This document shows positions 53,001 to 64,000 of a stretch of DNA of 64,000 nucleotides, one piece after another. The notes below the pieces were generated by a model. That model saw only the letters and a list, made by a program, of their open reading frames with translations, made no database searches and was not told the origin of the DNA. How positions within the stretch are numbered: the stretch's first letter is position 1; each line of letters begins with the position of its first letter. Origin of the DNA: Spizellomyces punctatus DAOM BR117 (lineage: Eukaryota); assembly GCA_000182565.2 (NCBI GenBank), contig KQ257451.1; one strand, given 5' to 3'. Both the position numbers and the translations under genes were made by a program.

Positions 53001-55596
53001 TGTTCAACAAGACGAACAATTTTGCAGCTTACTGTCCTGGAGTACCTGCGCCGACCATGGGATGGGACAACTTGGCGAATCGTCGTCCACTTGCTTTTGA
53101 CATGCACATGCACGACTTAATTCAAACTATCGATGGACAAAAATTTCCCAGACCTTACTTTGAATACATGAACCAGTTTGCTAAGAGCCGGGTTGCATGG
53201 ACCATGGATTTCATTGAGGCGAATGCGAAGCCCACAAAACGGTTGATTGTCATCAATGACAATGTTTACGACGTGACAGCATATTTCAATTCGCCCTTCT
53301 TCAACGACCTGAACATTGACAGGATTTTTGGTGGTTTCATTGGCAAGGACGCTACAGAAGAGTGGAACAAAGTCATTCGAAACAGGGACCCCGGTCTCTC
53401 GAGGACGTATCTAACATGCATGAACAATATGTTTTATCAGGGTGTCGTCGATCACCGAAACGATGTCAAATGTCAATTCTCAAACTACGTCTTGCTCGCT
53501 AGTACCATCGTCTTGGTTGCGGTGATCGGATTCAAGTTCTTGGCTGCTCTTCAGTTTACGTCCGCAAAGGAACCCGAAGAGCATGACAAGTTTGTCATCT
53601 GCCAAGTGCCTTGCTATACGGAAGGTGCCGAGTCTCTGCAAAAGACTCTAGAATCCCTTGCTGTTCTGCGATATGATGACAAACGAAAGCTCTTGTTCGT
53701 CATCTGTGATGGTATGATTATTGGTAGTGGAAACGACCGACCAACGCCTCGAATCGTCCTCGATATCCTGGGTGTTGATCCCAATCACGATCCTGAACCT
53801 TTCAGCTTCCAGTCTTTGGGCGTTGGCGATAAGCAGCACAACATGGGCAAGGTCTATTCTGGTCTGTACGAAGTGCAAGGGCATTCCGTTCCCTATATTG
53901 TGGTCGTCAAAGTCGGAAAGGCCAGTGAACGCTCTCGCCCTGGTAACCGTGGTAAACGTGACTCGCAGATGATTTTGATGCGCTTCTTGTCCCGTGTTCA
54001 CTTCAACTCTGAGATGAATCCTCTCGAACTTGAGTTGTACCACCACATGAAGAACATCATCGGTGTCAATCCTTCCTTCTACGAATACATTCTTATGGTC
54101 GATGCTGATACGGAAGTGTCCCGAGACTCGCTGAACCGTATGATTTCCTCGATGATCCACGACTCGAAAATCATGGGACTCTGTGGAGAAACGCTCCTCG
54201 CCAACGAAAAAGTATCTTGGACGTCGATGATTCAGGTGTACGAGTACTTTATTTCCCATCACTTGGCAAAGGCCTTTGAGTCTCTCTTTGGCTCCGTCAC
54301 TTGTCTCCCGGGATGTTTCTGTATGTACCGAGTCCGGACCCCGACCAAGAATGTCCCTCTCCTTATTGCGCCTAGCGTGATCAATGACTATTCCGAGAAC
54401 CGCGTTGACACCCTTCACATGAAGAACTTGCTCCATCTTGGTGAAGATCGGTACTTGACCACGTTGATGATGAAGCACTTCCCACACTTGAAGACCAGTT
54501 TTACCAACGACGCGCAGTGTCGCACCAACGCCCCTGACCAATGGTCTGTCCTGCTCTCGCAACGTCGTAGATGGATCAACTCCACGGTGCACAACCTGTT
54601 GGAATTGATGTTCTTGCCTCAGCTCTGCGGTTTCTGCTGTTTCTCAATGCGTTTCGTTGTCATCCTGGATCTGTTCTCAACGCTCGTGCAACCGGTTATG
54701 ATGCTGTACATTATATACTTGATTTACTCTGCGGTGTCGGCAACTGAGATTTTCCCCAAAATGTCGATTATTCTATTGGGTGCTATATACGGTTTGCAAG
54801 TCATTATCTTCATTCTGAAGCGGCAGTGGGCGCAGATTGGATGGATGATTGTGGTATGTACACAATAGCGTTTTTTTGTCGTCTGACGGTGCTCGGGCTA
54901 ATCCACCGTTGTTTTTAGTATATTCTTGCGATGCCTGTCTTCAGTTTCTATATTCCCCTGTATTCATTCTGGCACTTTGATGATTTCTCCTGGGGTAACA
55001 CCCGTGTAGTTATTGGCGAAAAGGGCAAAAAGATGGTGTATTCTGCCGATGTTGCACCGTTCGATCCGAAATCCATCCCGCAGAAAAAGTGGTCGGAGTA
55101 TGAAGCTGAGGTTTGGGAAAAGGGGTCCGAAGGTTCACGAGACTCTCGTGCATCGGACTTTAGCGGCCGACCACCAGTAGCGGGATCTGTCTACGGTGGA
55201 GCGTCAGCTTATGGTCCAGCACCGTCGGCATATGGTGGATCAGCATACGGTGGCCCGACACCTTCCGTATACTCTGGTTATGGCGTACCTGGAGCAGCGG
55301 GCTCGGTGTATGGCGGGTCTGCATACGGCGCCGCCGCGCCCGCTCTGCCACCGTATCAATCGCAAAAGCGGTTGTCCCATATTTCTGTGGGAAGCATGGG
55401 CATGTTTGCTGGTGGACTCCCTTCGGACGATGACATTCTCCGCGAAGTCCGACGCATCCTATCCACCGCCAACCTGATGACTGTTACCAAGAAGCAAGTG
55501 CGTGACGAGCTGTCTTCGGTATTTGGTGTAGATTTGACTGCAAAGAAGACGATTATCAACGGATTTATTGAGGATATACTTCAAGGAAGGTTGTGA
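50019..55596 (+). CDS. Class V chitin synthase with myosin motor domain, 3 exons
   Basis: Myosin P-loop GESGSGKT, NSSRFG, cytochrome b5-like region, LGEDRYL, QRRRW, C-terminal DEK_C. Confidence 0.95.
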
Positions 55597-55946
55597 TTAT
55601 GGAATCCTTATGAGAGTTAATATGTAGTCTTTATTGTTTAATTCGAGAAAACTGTATTTTGGAATGGTGAAGGGAGGTAGTAATGTACAAATGAATACAG
55701 TACAGTATGTGTATTATTGAACTATAACGGGATCAACTCACTGTATTTACGCCTTCAATCCTGGAACATCAAGTCTCAAAGCACTATCTTTGAATTCGCC
55801 CTACCTTCGACCCAAATCCTCAAGTTATTTATGCAGCCGCCGTTTACAAAACTGCGTACATGCAAGTGATACTGTTGATTGATTGAATGACTGACAGGGA
55901 GACAGAAGAAATACACGGTTCCAAAATCCAACATGAATCATCTCGT

Positions 55947-56752
55947 CTATGCCCCTAATACTCCCCCACACATCTTCTTTGCTAAATCCCGCGCAAATGG
56001 AATGTAACTGCACGGACAAGAGATTAGAAATGAGAAAACCTCAGGTCCAATAAATGCGTTTGTCATCCGATGATACATACCTCAAGGAATACCAGAACAA
56101 AGCCAAGAATTGGATGAAGCAGCACAGAAGGGTCAATAGCACGTTTTCGAGCTATTCGACGAGAGTATGCATCAATGAATAGGAAGCTCCAGACGGGGAA
56201 AGAGGACAAATCGGCACTTACGGTGAACGCAACGACCAATGTTGTCACCATCGTCACAAGAAAAATGATACTCGCCGTTAACCGCGTTGCATCAAACATT
56301 TTCTACACTCAAGAATGAATATCCGGAGCGTAAGGATGAAGACCAGTATAGCTTCAACTTGCCTTAAATTGTGTTTTGAATCCCACCAAAAATCCTGTTG
56401 ATACCAAGGATATGATGTTGCCAGTGGTATAGAGAACCGCAAACCCGGCTATTGCTCCAAAGGTCAACAATATTGAGGACTACAGCCGAAGAATTAGAAT
56501 ACTTTGCCGCGCTGCAAATCAGCAAGTCGTTGACGTACAAGGAGAGATATGACGAAACCAAGGGTAAAACATATTCCAAAGCCGTAGAACCGTTGGGTGC
56601 GAGTCAGCTCCATTCCGCCGCACATCTGGAGTGACATGCATTGTCAGATAATTGCGCGCATAAAAACAAACTATGATGTATCAACAATTGCATACAGGGT
56701 CCATGGTTGAGCCTTGCTGGGCCGTGCTTGACATGTAATCCGTTATAGCCAT
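55947..56752 (-). CDS. SFT2/Got1-family vesicle transport protein, multi-exon
   Basis: LTRTQRFYGFGICF, FAVLYTTGNIISL, MFDATRLTASIIF, WYSLSYIPFAR. Confidence 0.85.
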
Positions 56753-56960
56753 GATGAAAGTGACTTAAGGCGAGAGAGGAAAAAACGAGAGCGGATGGAA
56801 GAAATGCGACAACAAGGTGAACAGCCCCCCCTCCAAGTAATGGGCTTGGCTTTAACTCGGTTGCCAAATATAGAAGCGCGTTTCACCAGCTGGAATTGTT
56901 CGCCTTGCCTTAAGCTGCTTTGCTATATTACCATTTTCACACTTGCCCAAACGATCTTGA

Positions 56961-58881
56961 ATGGTCTCCACAACAGACTCTGCCGTAGATCCACCTCAAC
57001 AGACGGGCGCTGCACCTAATGAGCGTAATAGTGCTCTGGAGCCTCGACGAAATGGTGATACGGGCCCTCGTGAGGTGTCAGCCAATGCTTCGTCCACGCG
57101 CATGACCAGGAATCGCAAGCTCCTCGCGGAAGGGAAAGAGATTCGCAAACCACAATACAACGTCCGTCAACTGGCTAATGGGCACCTGTCAGGGGGGAAG
57201 ATAAAGGAAAAGCCGCGCTGGTATAACCAGACATATATTATGTTTCTGGCCTTAAGGCAGGCTGGAGAACCATTACCCCGTGGTGTCCTCATTCCAAAGG
57301 CTTTGGCATTGGACAAGGAGATATCTAGACAACGGGGACTTCCCCCGCTGTTTGGAGGAAAAGTATGCTTTGATTGATACTGATCTCGTCATTCATGTCT
57401 CTAACGTTTCTGGCACGGACAGACACCGCAAAACACCGCAAGTGGTATCTTGACTGAGAACCGCGACAAGCTTTTCATATCCTTTATACCAGAAGGAAAG
57501 AAACATGTGCATTTCAAACTTGCGTACGAGCCTGGAAACTTTGAGACTGCGCTGGAAGCCTACAATAAGTGGATGGATGCGCTGATTCACAAAGACTGGC
57601 CCTATCTCTTTAGCAAACGTCGAAAGGAATGGGAGACTACGCCGATCAATACAGACAAAAGCCTGGGGATATGCAGAAAAAATGTGACAATTGAAAGCCC
57701 AGCGCCTTCAGATGTTCAGGATGCGGCTTTGCAAATCAACCCTCCTTGCGATGCGGAGAGAAAGCGGAAACGAGAAGCCGAGAAGGAAAATGAACAGCAG
57801 TCGCCTAAGAAGCATCGAACAGAGAGTTCAGAGACGAAGAGTGTCGAAAGCGGACCGTCATGTACCGTAGACTATTTTGCTGATGTTATGAATAGCGTGG
57901 AGAATGCCAAAGCTCGAGCGGTCATGGAACAGTCTCATGCCCTTGGGCATAAGGATGATGACGTTGCATTGGATGCGATATTCGAAGCGGCAGAAGACGA
58001 TGACATTCCAACGTCCTTGGATCAAGTGGTGGAAGTGAAGGAGTCTACTGTACGTTGGCGCATGTGTTCCGAATGCTTGGACTTCTTTTTGCGTTATATT
58101 CACCCCATGGCATGTAGATACCGAACGCGGGTCGTGGTCTGTTTGCTAAGCGATTCCTTCCTGCATGGACGTTCCTGGGATTTTATTTTGGGGTACCAAT
58201 GACTGAGGACGAGTTCGATTCGTTGAAAGACGGGGTTGGGCTGGCTTCGCATTATGCTGTACGTCATGCAATGTGGTAGCGTATGCTTACAATCGGAATC
58301 AACCAGTCTAACGTCCTTCTTTTCATTTATAGCACCAATATCGCCTAACTGTCCTGGATGCCACCGATGAAAAAGGGCAGCCCTACTGGAACCATCCACG
58401 GATCTTTTGTCCATTTCACTTTATGAATGAAGATCCTAAACGGGCCAATATTGTCTTTAAAGAAGGTCATCAAGTCAATCAAGTCCTCTGCATGACTACC
58501 AGGGAGATACAACCTGGTGACGAGCTGTTTGCAAATTATGGAAAGTCGGTTGAACGTCATTGGCAGACCGGGGAGGATTTACCATCACAAGCAACCGTAG
58601 ATCGTGATGAGGGCGAGGGAAAATCACTCGGCACCAACGAAACCGACGCTGTCCAGACGCCCGCAACAGATAGCTGTCAACCTTCCCAACCTGTCTTTCA
58701 ACCTGATACAACACTGCCCACAGACATTTCCAACATCATCGCAACGCCGGTCCTAAGTGACTCTGACGACGAACATAACCCGGTAAAACCTGGTCGAGAA
58801 ATATCCTCTCAAGTTCCAACGGGAAATGCCCACTGGCCAAGTCCGGAGCCGACCGATTTATCAAGTGAGATCGATGTATGA
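56961..58881 (+). CDS. SET-domain protein with an N-terminal winged-helix-like region, multi-exon
   Basis: STIPNAGRGLFA, MNED..ANIVF, TTREIQPGDELFANYG; N-terminal FGGKTPQNTASGILT. Confidence 0.8.
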
Positions 58882-59204
58882 AAAGACCGAATTTTAGTAA
58901 ATATGTATAAATTGTCAAACGGGGCTGGTCCATGTCTTGGGTAATTGCGTAATCAATAAATTTATGGGGCCGCATAACCTGGTTGTTAAAATCCAGCAGA
59001 CAACGGCTGCCATCTCTTGGATTGCTGTCACAGTCTTCCTTTCGTGGATATACGCTTACGCTGATATTTTACGGACTACCACGGCGATGCACAGTGCTCT
59101 ATAACACGGCCCATTTTAGTTGCCGCGGGACCACATCCTTTCCATTGAAACGACCGTATTGCAAATTATCCAGTCTGCTCCTAGAGTCTGCTGCATGAGC
59201 CGAA

Positions 59205-59833
59205 ATGGATTACTTTGCCGGCAGAGCCACTGGACCTCCCGTAGACTACGTGTACGTTTACATATCTATGTCCGTATTTGAAGGTGTCTTTTCTCAATGC
59301 CATGCAGCGCACCTACCTGGCCGGATTTACAGGAGTGGGTCATAGGAGCCGAGTCTGACCAAATGACAAGTGACGTATTGTGGTATAAAGGAGGTAAATG
59401 CACCCTATGGTTTTGGCGGTGCGGACTCTGCCTAACACCATTATCGCTCTTTTACAGATATTGTTGTATTCACTCTCGTCTGGACAGTGATCCTCTTCTC
59501 AATCGTCTACGGCGTCGCCGGATTGTGGGCATATTTTGTCTTCTTCCGTAGTAAACTTGGCCTTATTCTTCTGCTCACTTTCGGTGGTATTGGACTGTTT
59601 GCTGGCGCGTCTTCCGGTGCTGTTGTCGGTAGGTTTTTGATCAACTGCAATTGGTGGCGGATAACCTCGGATTATGGTACTCAGCCCTGGTAAACTCAGG
59701 CATTCTTCTCGCAAGTGTTTACAATGCCGGTTACTTTGCAATGGCTACCTGGATCCCATTGGCGTGGGCTCTGGTACAAGTTCTAATCGTCATCATTTCT
59801 GCTGATGCCGATCTTAGCTTGACGACGTTGTGA
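59205..59833 (+). CDS. TMEM170-like small membrane protein, multi-exon
   Basis: Three hydrophobic segments; LASVYNAGYFAMATWIPLAWALVQ. Confidence 0.7.
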
Positions 59834-60026
59834 AAGCAGCCGATGTCGTCTTTTGTACATAGCATTTTTACGTTAGTGTGTATATATTGGAGCTGTGAAG
59901 TCCCCTGATACGTCAGATCCTGAAGAAACTAATTCTCGTTAAAAGATAAAATATAATAAACTATCGTATTCCTAAGATGACCCTATGTACAAGATTGCAT
60001 ATCGAAAAAGAGACGTACATATCTCT

Positions 60027-62256
60027 CTAATCTTCGTCACTGCTCAACTCCAACTCTATCATACCATCATTACTCGGTTTAGATATCGTAACCTGTGCAT
60101 CCGCCATCACCGGAACGAGCTTATTATGTGACGGCGCTGCTGCTATAAAATCTCGTCCCGTGACAGGATCAAATCCCATTCGACTCATTGCCTCAGGTGT
60201 GAATACGGTTTTTGGTTCTGACTTTTTTCGATCTGGAGGTGGATCTAGCAAACAAAATTAGCTTGCGTAGGAAATGTAGCCGAAGACTCTAACATACCTT
60301 TTGAGCCCTTCAAAAGGTGCCTGGCTATTCGGAGGTACCGAGCACCTGGAGTGTGTGTGTCTAACATACCCGCTCTGACATAAGGACCAACATATCACGA
60401 CATTTAGGTTGAACATGTCATTGAACCAGTCGCATTCACTCTGATATTGTGACTCACAGCTCTTTCTCCTCTTCAGGCTTCAGCTTCCGTCCTGGTTTAC
60501 ATGCTTGCAGCACTTGCAGGCCCGACTCGCCAGTGGACAAAGCCTGTCCGCCAGGAAACAAATATGTATCGGTCGCCGCTAATTTCCGGCGCTTTTTGGA
60601 GGTATCTTTTGGGTCCCCTAATGCAAATACGGCATTGCTATAAGATTGTTTAACATTGTACTGCGATCATGAAGTAATGAAGCAAAATTGCATGCCTTAC
60701 CCTGCAAGGAACTCCTGCCGTTTCAAGCGAGCTTTCTTGAACAATTCGACTGCATGTTCTTCACAATGTTTACTATGCCGACTAAGAAAGAAAAGAGGGC
60801 GTTGAGCGTTGGCGTATTCAGCGAACAAGCACCAACGTACTGACATATTAAGCACCCGTGCGCATCTATCGTGTTCATTTTTCATCGCCTCGCAGAATCC
60901 AATGTCCTGAGACATGCCAATTTTCATCCACTTGTCTTCATTGTCCACGTTCAAACCAACCAGTCTCCCCTTCTGTTATGAGCAGTCAGCACGTTCAGTA
61001 GACCAGACACTGAGATTGAGATTCGCCATACCTCATTGGGTAACAGGATCTTCGGGTTCAAGAGTGCCACAACACTTCCAACCAGCTCCTTCCAATGACG
61101 CTCGAATGACTTTTTGAACAAAAACACGTTGACGACGCTTTTGTCGAGGTCGGTCAATTTGATCACACAGTATTTACCGCCTTTTAGGCTGGTACGAGGC
61201 GAAGATTTCTCGGCAATCACACCAATTGTCACCCAGTCCCCCACTATGTCGTCCCCGCTCATATCCTGCATTATACGATGGAGAGGGACCATGCGGCGTC
61301 CCAGCATTCGCGTTTGCATATCAGTCACAGACACTTGGCGGTCCCTTATGTGAAATTAGATTGAGAAAGACCGCAGTCAAACCATTCCTGAGAGTCATGC
61401 GGCTACTGACCTCAATCGTAAACCCGAGTATCCCTCTACTGCATTCTCACTCACAGTAGCTTGCTTGCCCTTGCTTCGAATATTGGGCGACGGCAGGCGA
61501 GGTGACATTGGATCTGAACGATTGTAAAACATTCCCTGTTATAATCACGATCTAATATACATGATCTATTGATTGACAAACCAGATCGCACCTGAGGACG
61601 CCTGTCCGAATGACTTTGCCTTTGGACGATTATGAATCGCGGCTTCCTTGAGGTAACAACTCCTTTTGTCTGACATCTTTTCTGTGAACGATGCTTCTAG
61701 ACCCTTAGAGCCATAAAAATCTGGAGGGGGCAGTTTCCTCTTCAGCGACGTTTGGGCGATAATCTGCGAGGTTTTGGTAGTGACTTCCCTGACTGCAAGC
61801 AAGTCTTATAAGTAATGTGGTGCAGAAGAATTATGAGGCATTTCATACCTAACGCATCAGTCGCTTCCGTTTTGGCGAATATACTATGATTATAGTCCCT
61901 TGATATCTCAGGTTGCATATCCGGCTTGCTGCCCTCCTCTTCCATTTGGCGAATTTCAGCCTCTAGCCTGGCCTTTTCATTCTCCAATTTTAGCCTTCTG
62001 AGCCGTTGATGGCGTTGACGCAGTGCTTCGAGTTCCAGAAGCTGAGCATCTTCTGCACCGTGAGAAACTAAGTTTAGTGGAAGGACCTACAGGCAATTTT
62101 GGGTGTCATGGGAGAGCTGTAGTTACTTGGTTGTTCACAGGTGGTGGGAGACCTCTGGCGCTCCGACGTGTCCTTTTCATTTTCGACTTCCTCTGCTAGG
62201 CAAAGTAGCGGGTCCTCATCTGAAGAGTCGTCGTATGACGTCCCTGTCAAGGTCAT
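60027..62256 (-). CDS. MCM10: DNA replication factor Mcm10, multi-exon
   Basis: OB fold GDWVTIGVIAEKS..KLTDL..VVALLNP and CCCH zinc finger GFCEAMK..RC..CEEH. Confidence 0.85.
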
Positions 62257-62429
62257 TATGTATTCAGCTGCACATTACTTCTTACGATCTCACCAATGCA
62301 GCGGAGATAGGTGTCCGAAAGTCCGAAAGTGCTTAGGTGTCACGTGGCGGCAGCCTGGCCGAGTGATCGTGGACAAGATCGCTCCGGTTTACGTTCCTGG
62401 TAAGGACTTCAGTGTCCGTGTTCCACATC

Positions 62430-63272
62430 ATGGAGGGGTCCGTGACTGTAGCCAAAACCTCAGATAAGGAATATCTCTACCACATTGTCAATATACCACC
62501 ATACCGCCTGACTATTGCTTCGAGGCTTGAAGATACTGATTCCGACGACGATTTTGTCGATCCGTATTTATTCGACCCATCATACACACTTGCAGCAGCT
62601 ACTGGCTTTTCAGTCTGGGAAGGCTCGGTTGCGCTCCTCTCCTTCATTCATTCCGCGCAGAGTTCAGAGGCACAAGAATTTCGCCGACGAGTGCTGGAGA
62701 AGCGAGAGAAAGTTGTGGAGCTGGGGAGCGGAACTGGCATCGGGGGGTTGGGGGTCGCTGCTTTGGGTGGGGACGTCCTATGCACAGACGTGGAAAGCGT
62801 TTGCGATTTGACGAGATCAAATATCAGACGAAATAGATTGGAAATCTCGTCTGAACGTTGCCCAACGGGTGGGTGGTTTGATTCAGTATCAGTCGGACGA
62901 GGAACGGCAGGTGTCCAACCTCTGGACTGGTCGCAGCCAGTATCCGCACAACGCAAACCGAATGATCCAATATCTGCGTCAATAATAATTGCAGCAGAAA
63001 CTGCTTGGCTTGCCGACCTGGCTCCTCTATTTGTGGAAACCGTGGCCAACTTGCTACGGTCTGGAGTCGAGGTATCGAATTGTAAGGTATGCTATTGGGC
63101 GTACAAGGAACGAGGAACGGAAGCCAGCAAAATTTTTACTACAATGTCCAACGTCAAAAGAGCCTTTCACCAAGCTGGGTGTGAGGTAGTCGAGATATGG
63201 AGAGAACGTAGTAAGGAGGATCCAGATAAGCACGTAATCATTAACACCATTCGTCAGACGCGGCTGCCGTAA
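62430..63272 (+). CDS. METTL21/Methyltransf_16-family protein lysine methyltransferase
   Basis: TGFSVWEGS, VVELGSGTGIGG, LCTD, LDW. Confidence 0.85.
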   Translation: MEGSVTVAKTSDKEYLYHIVNIPPYRLTIASRLEDTDSDDDFVDPYLFDPSYTLAAATGFSVWEGSVALLSFIHSAQSSEAQEFRRRVLEKREKVVELGSGTGIGGLGVAALGGDVLCTDVESVCDLTRSNIRRNRLEISSERCPTGGWFDSVSVGRGTAGVQPLDWSQPVSAQRKPNDPISASIIIAAETAWLADLAPLFVETVANLLRSGVEVSNCKVCYWAYKERGTEASKIFTTMSNVKRAFHQAGCEVVEIWRERSKEDPDKHVIINTIRQTRLP

Positions 63273-63487
63273 ACCTATGAGCCTATTATTATGAATTTTG
63301 CACCTAGCTAGCAGTCTTTGGAGGACGTATAGCACTGAAATATCACATTTGGTCCCAATGTCATTGTCTATATAATCGTGCGTTAGGACTAGAGTCTACA
63401 ACCTCTGATCTCTGGCTCTGCGAAGAGATCTGTGCCATTACTGACTATGCGCATCGATCTGATCTTTCGTCTTTGCCACAAAAGTCC

Positions 63488-64000
63488 TCATTGCTTCCAC
63501 TGCTCCCATGGAAACCCTTCCGGAATCAGATCCGGCCGGTCCCATATGAATCCGACCAACCATTCTAAGGCATCGACAAGCCGGGGGCCAGGGCGGTTAA
63601 ACATCTGCGCGAAGTAAAGGAGCGGGGCGGGTTTATTTCGTGTTCCGATACTTTCCATATTATGGGTACCTACCTGATTTCCATCGACAACCGCCACTTT
63701 CTTGCAGGTCTTCATGACCTCTTTCCACCAATTCTTTTCTTGGGCTAACCGGGTTTCCCTTTTACTGTCCTCCAGGTTAAGTCCACATGGGCAGATGATG
63801 AGAATTTCTGGTTTGCTATCTATCACCATTTGTTCTGGCGTGCGTCGGGAAGGTCCCGCACCTGCGTCCTCCGTGGCAGGAGCAACGGGATGAGTTCCAC
63901 CAGCCATCTCGATGAGCTGCGGTGTCCTATCAACGTAGAACATGAACATGCGGACATGCAAAATGTGCATCAACAGAATCCCCTACCAGTGCCCGCCTGG
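63488..64000 (-). CDS. BtuF/Fe-siderophore periplasmic-binding-protein-like (helical backbone metal receptor), partial, multi-exon
   Basis: GGHW-TPQLIEMAGG, PEILIICPCG, VDGNQ-MFNRPGPRLVDALE. Confidence 0.8.

Noticed and set aside
53648-54592. 314-aa antisense ORF within chitin synthase, and similar antisense ORFs in CPA1 and the 470-aa gene
   Set aside because: Codon-bias shadows of real genes, with no domain motifs, unlike the intronic HNH ORFs

Overview
Intron-rich fungal genomic DNA, probably from a zoosporic or other early-diverging fungus (inferred from a class V myosin-chitin synthase plus TRIM37-like and ZRANB2-like genes). Ordinary host genes (CPA1 with a spliced arginine-attenuator uORF, TRIM37-like, NDUFAF5, PDI-like, chitin synthase, SFT2-like, SET, TMEM170-like, MCM10, METTL21-like) flank an apparently intact 26.9-kb endogenous Polinton-like virus at 12698-39609, bounded by 178-bp terminal inverted repeats. 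The element encodes a protein-primed PolB, major and minor capsid proteins, an A32-type packaging ATPase, a 1790-aa fibre, a lipase, a VLTF3-like factor, thymidylate synthase, a degenerate dUTPase and two DUF3310 copies. I see no integrase, maturation protease or target-site duplication. The most striking observation is that the major capsid and packaging ATPase genes are each split by a GT-AG spliceosomal-type intron (527 and 577 nt) almost completely filled by an HNH endonuclease gene on the opposite strand, making them candidate homing spliceosomal introns. All family assignments come from motif recognition by eye; no database searches were run.
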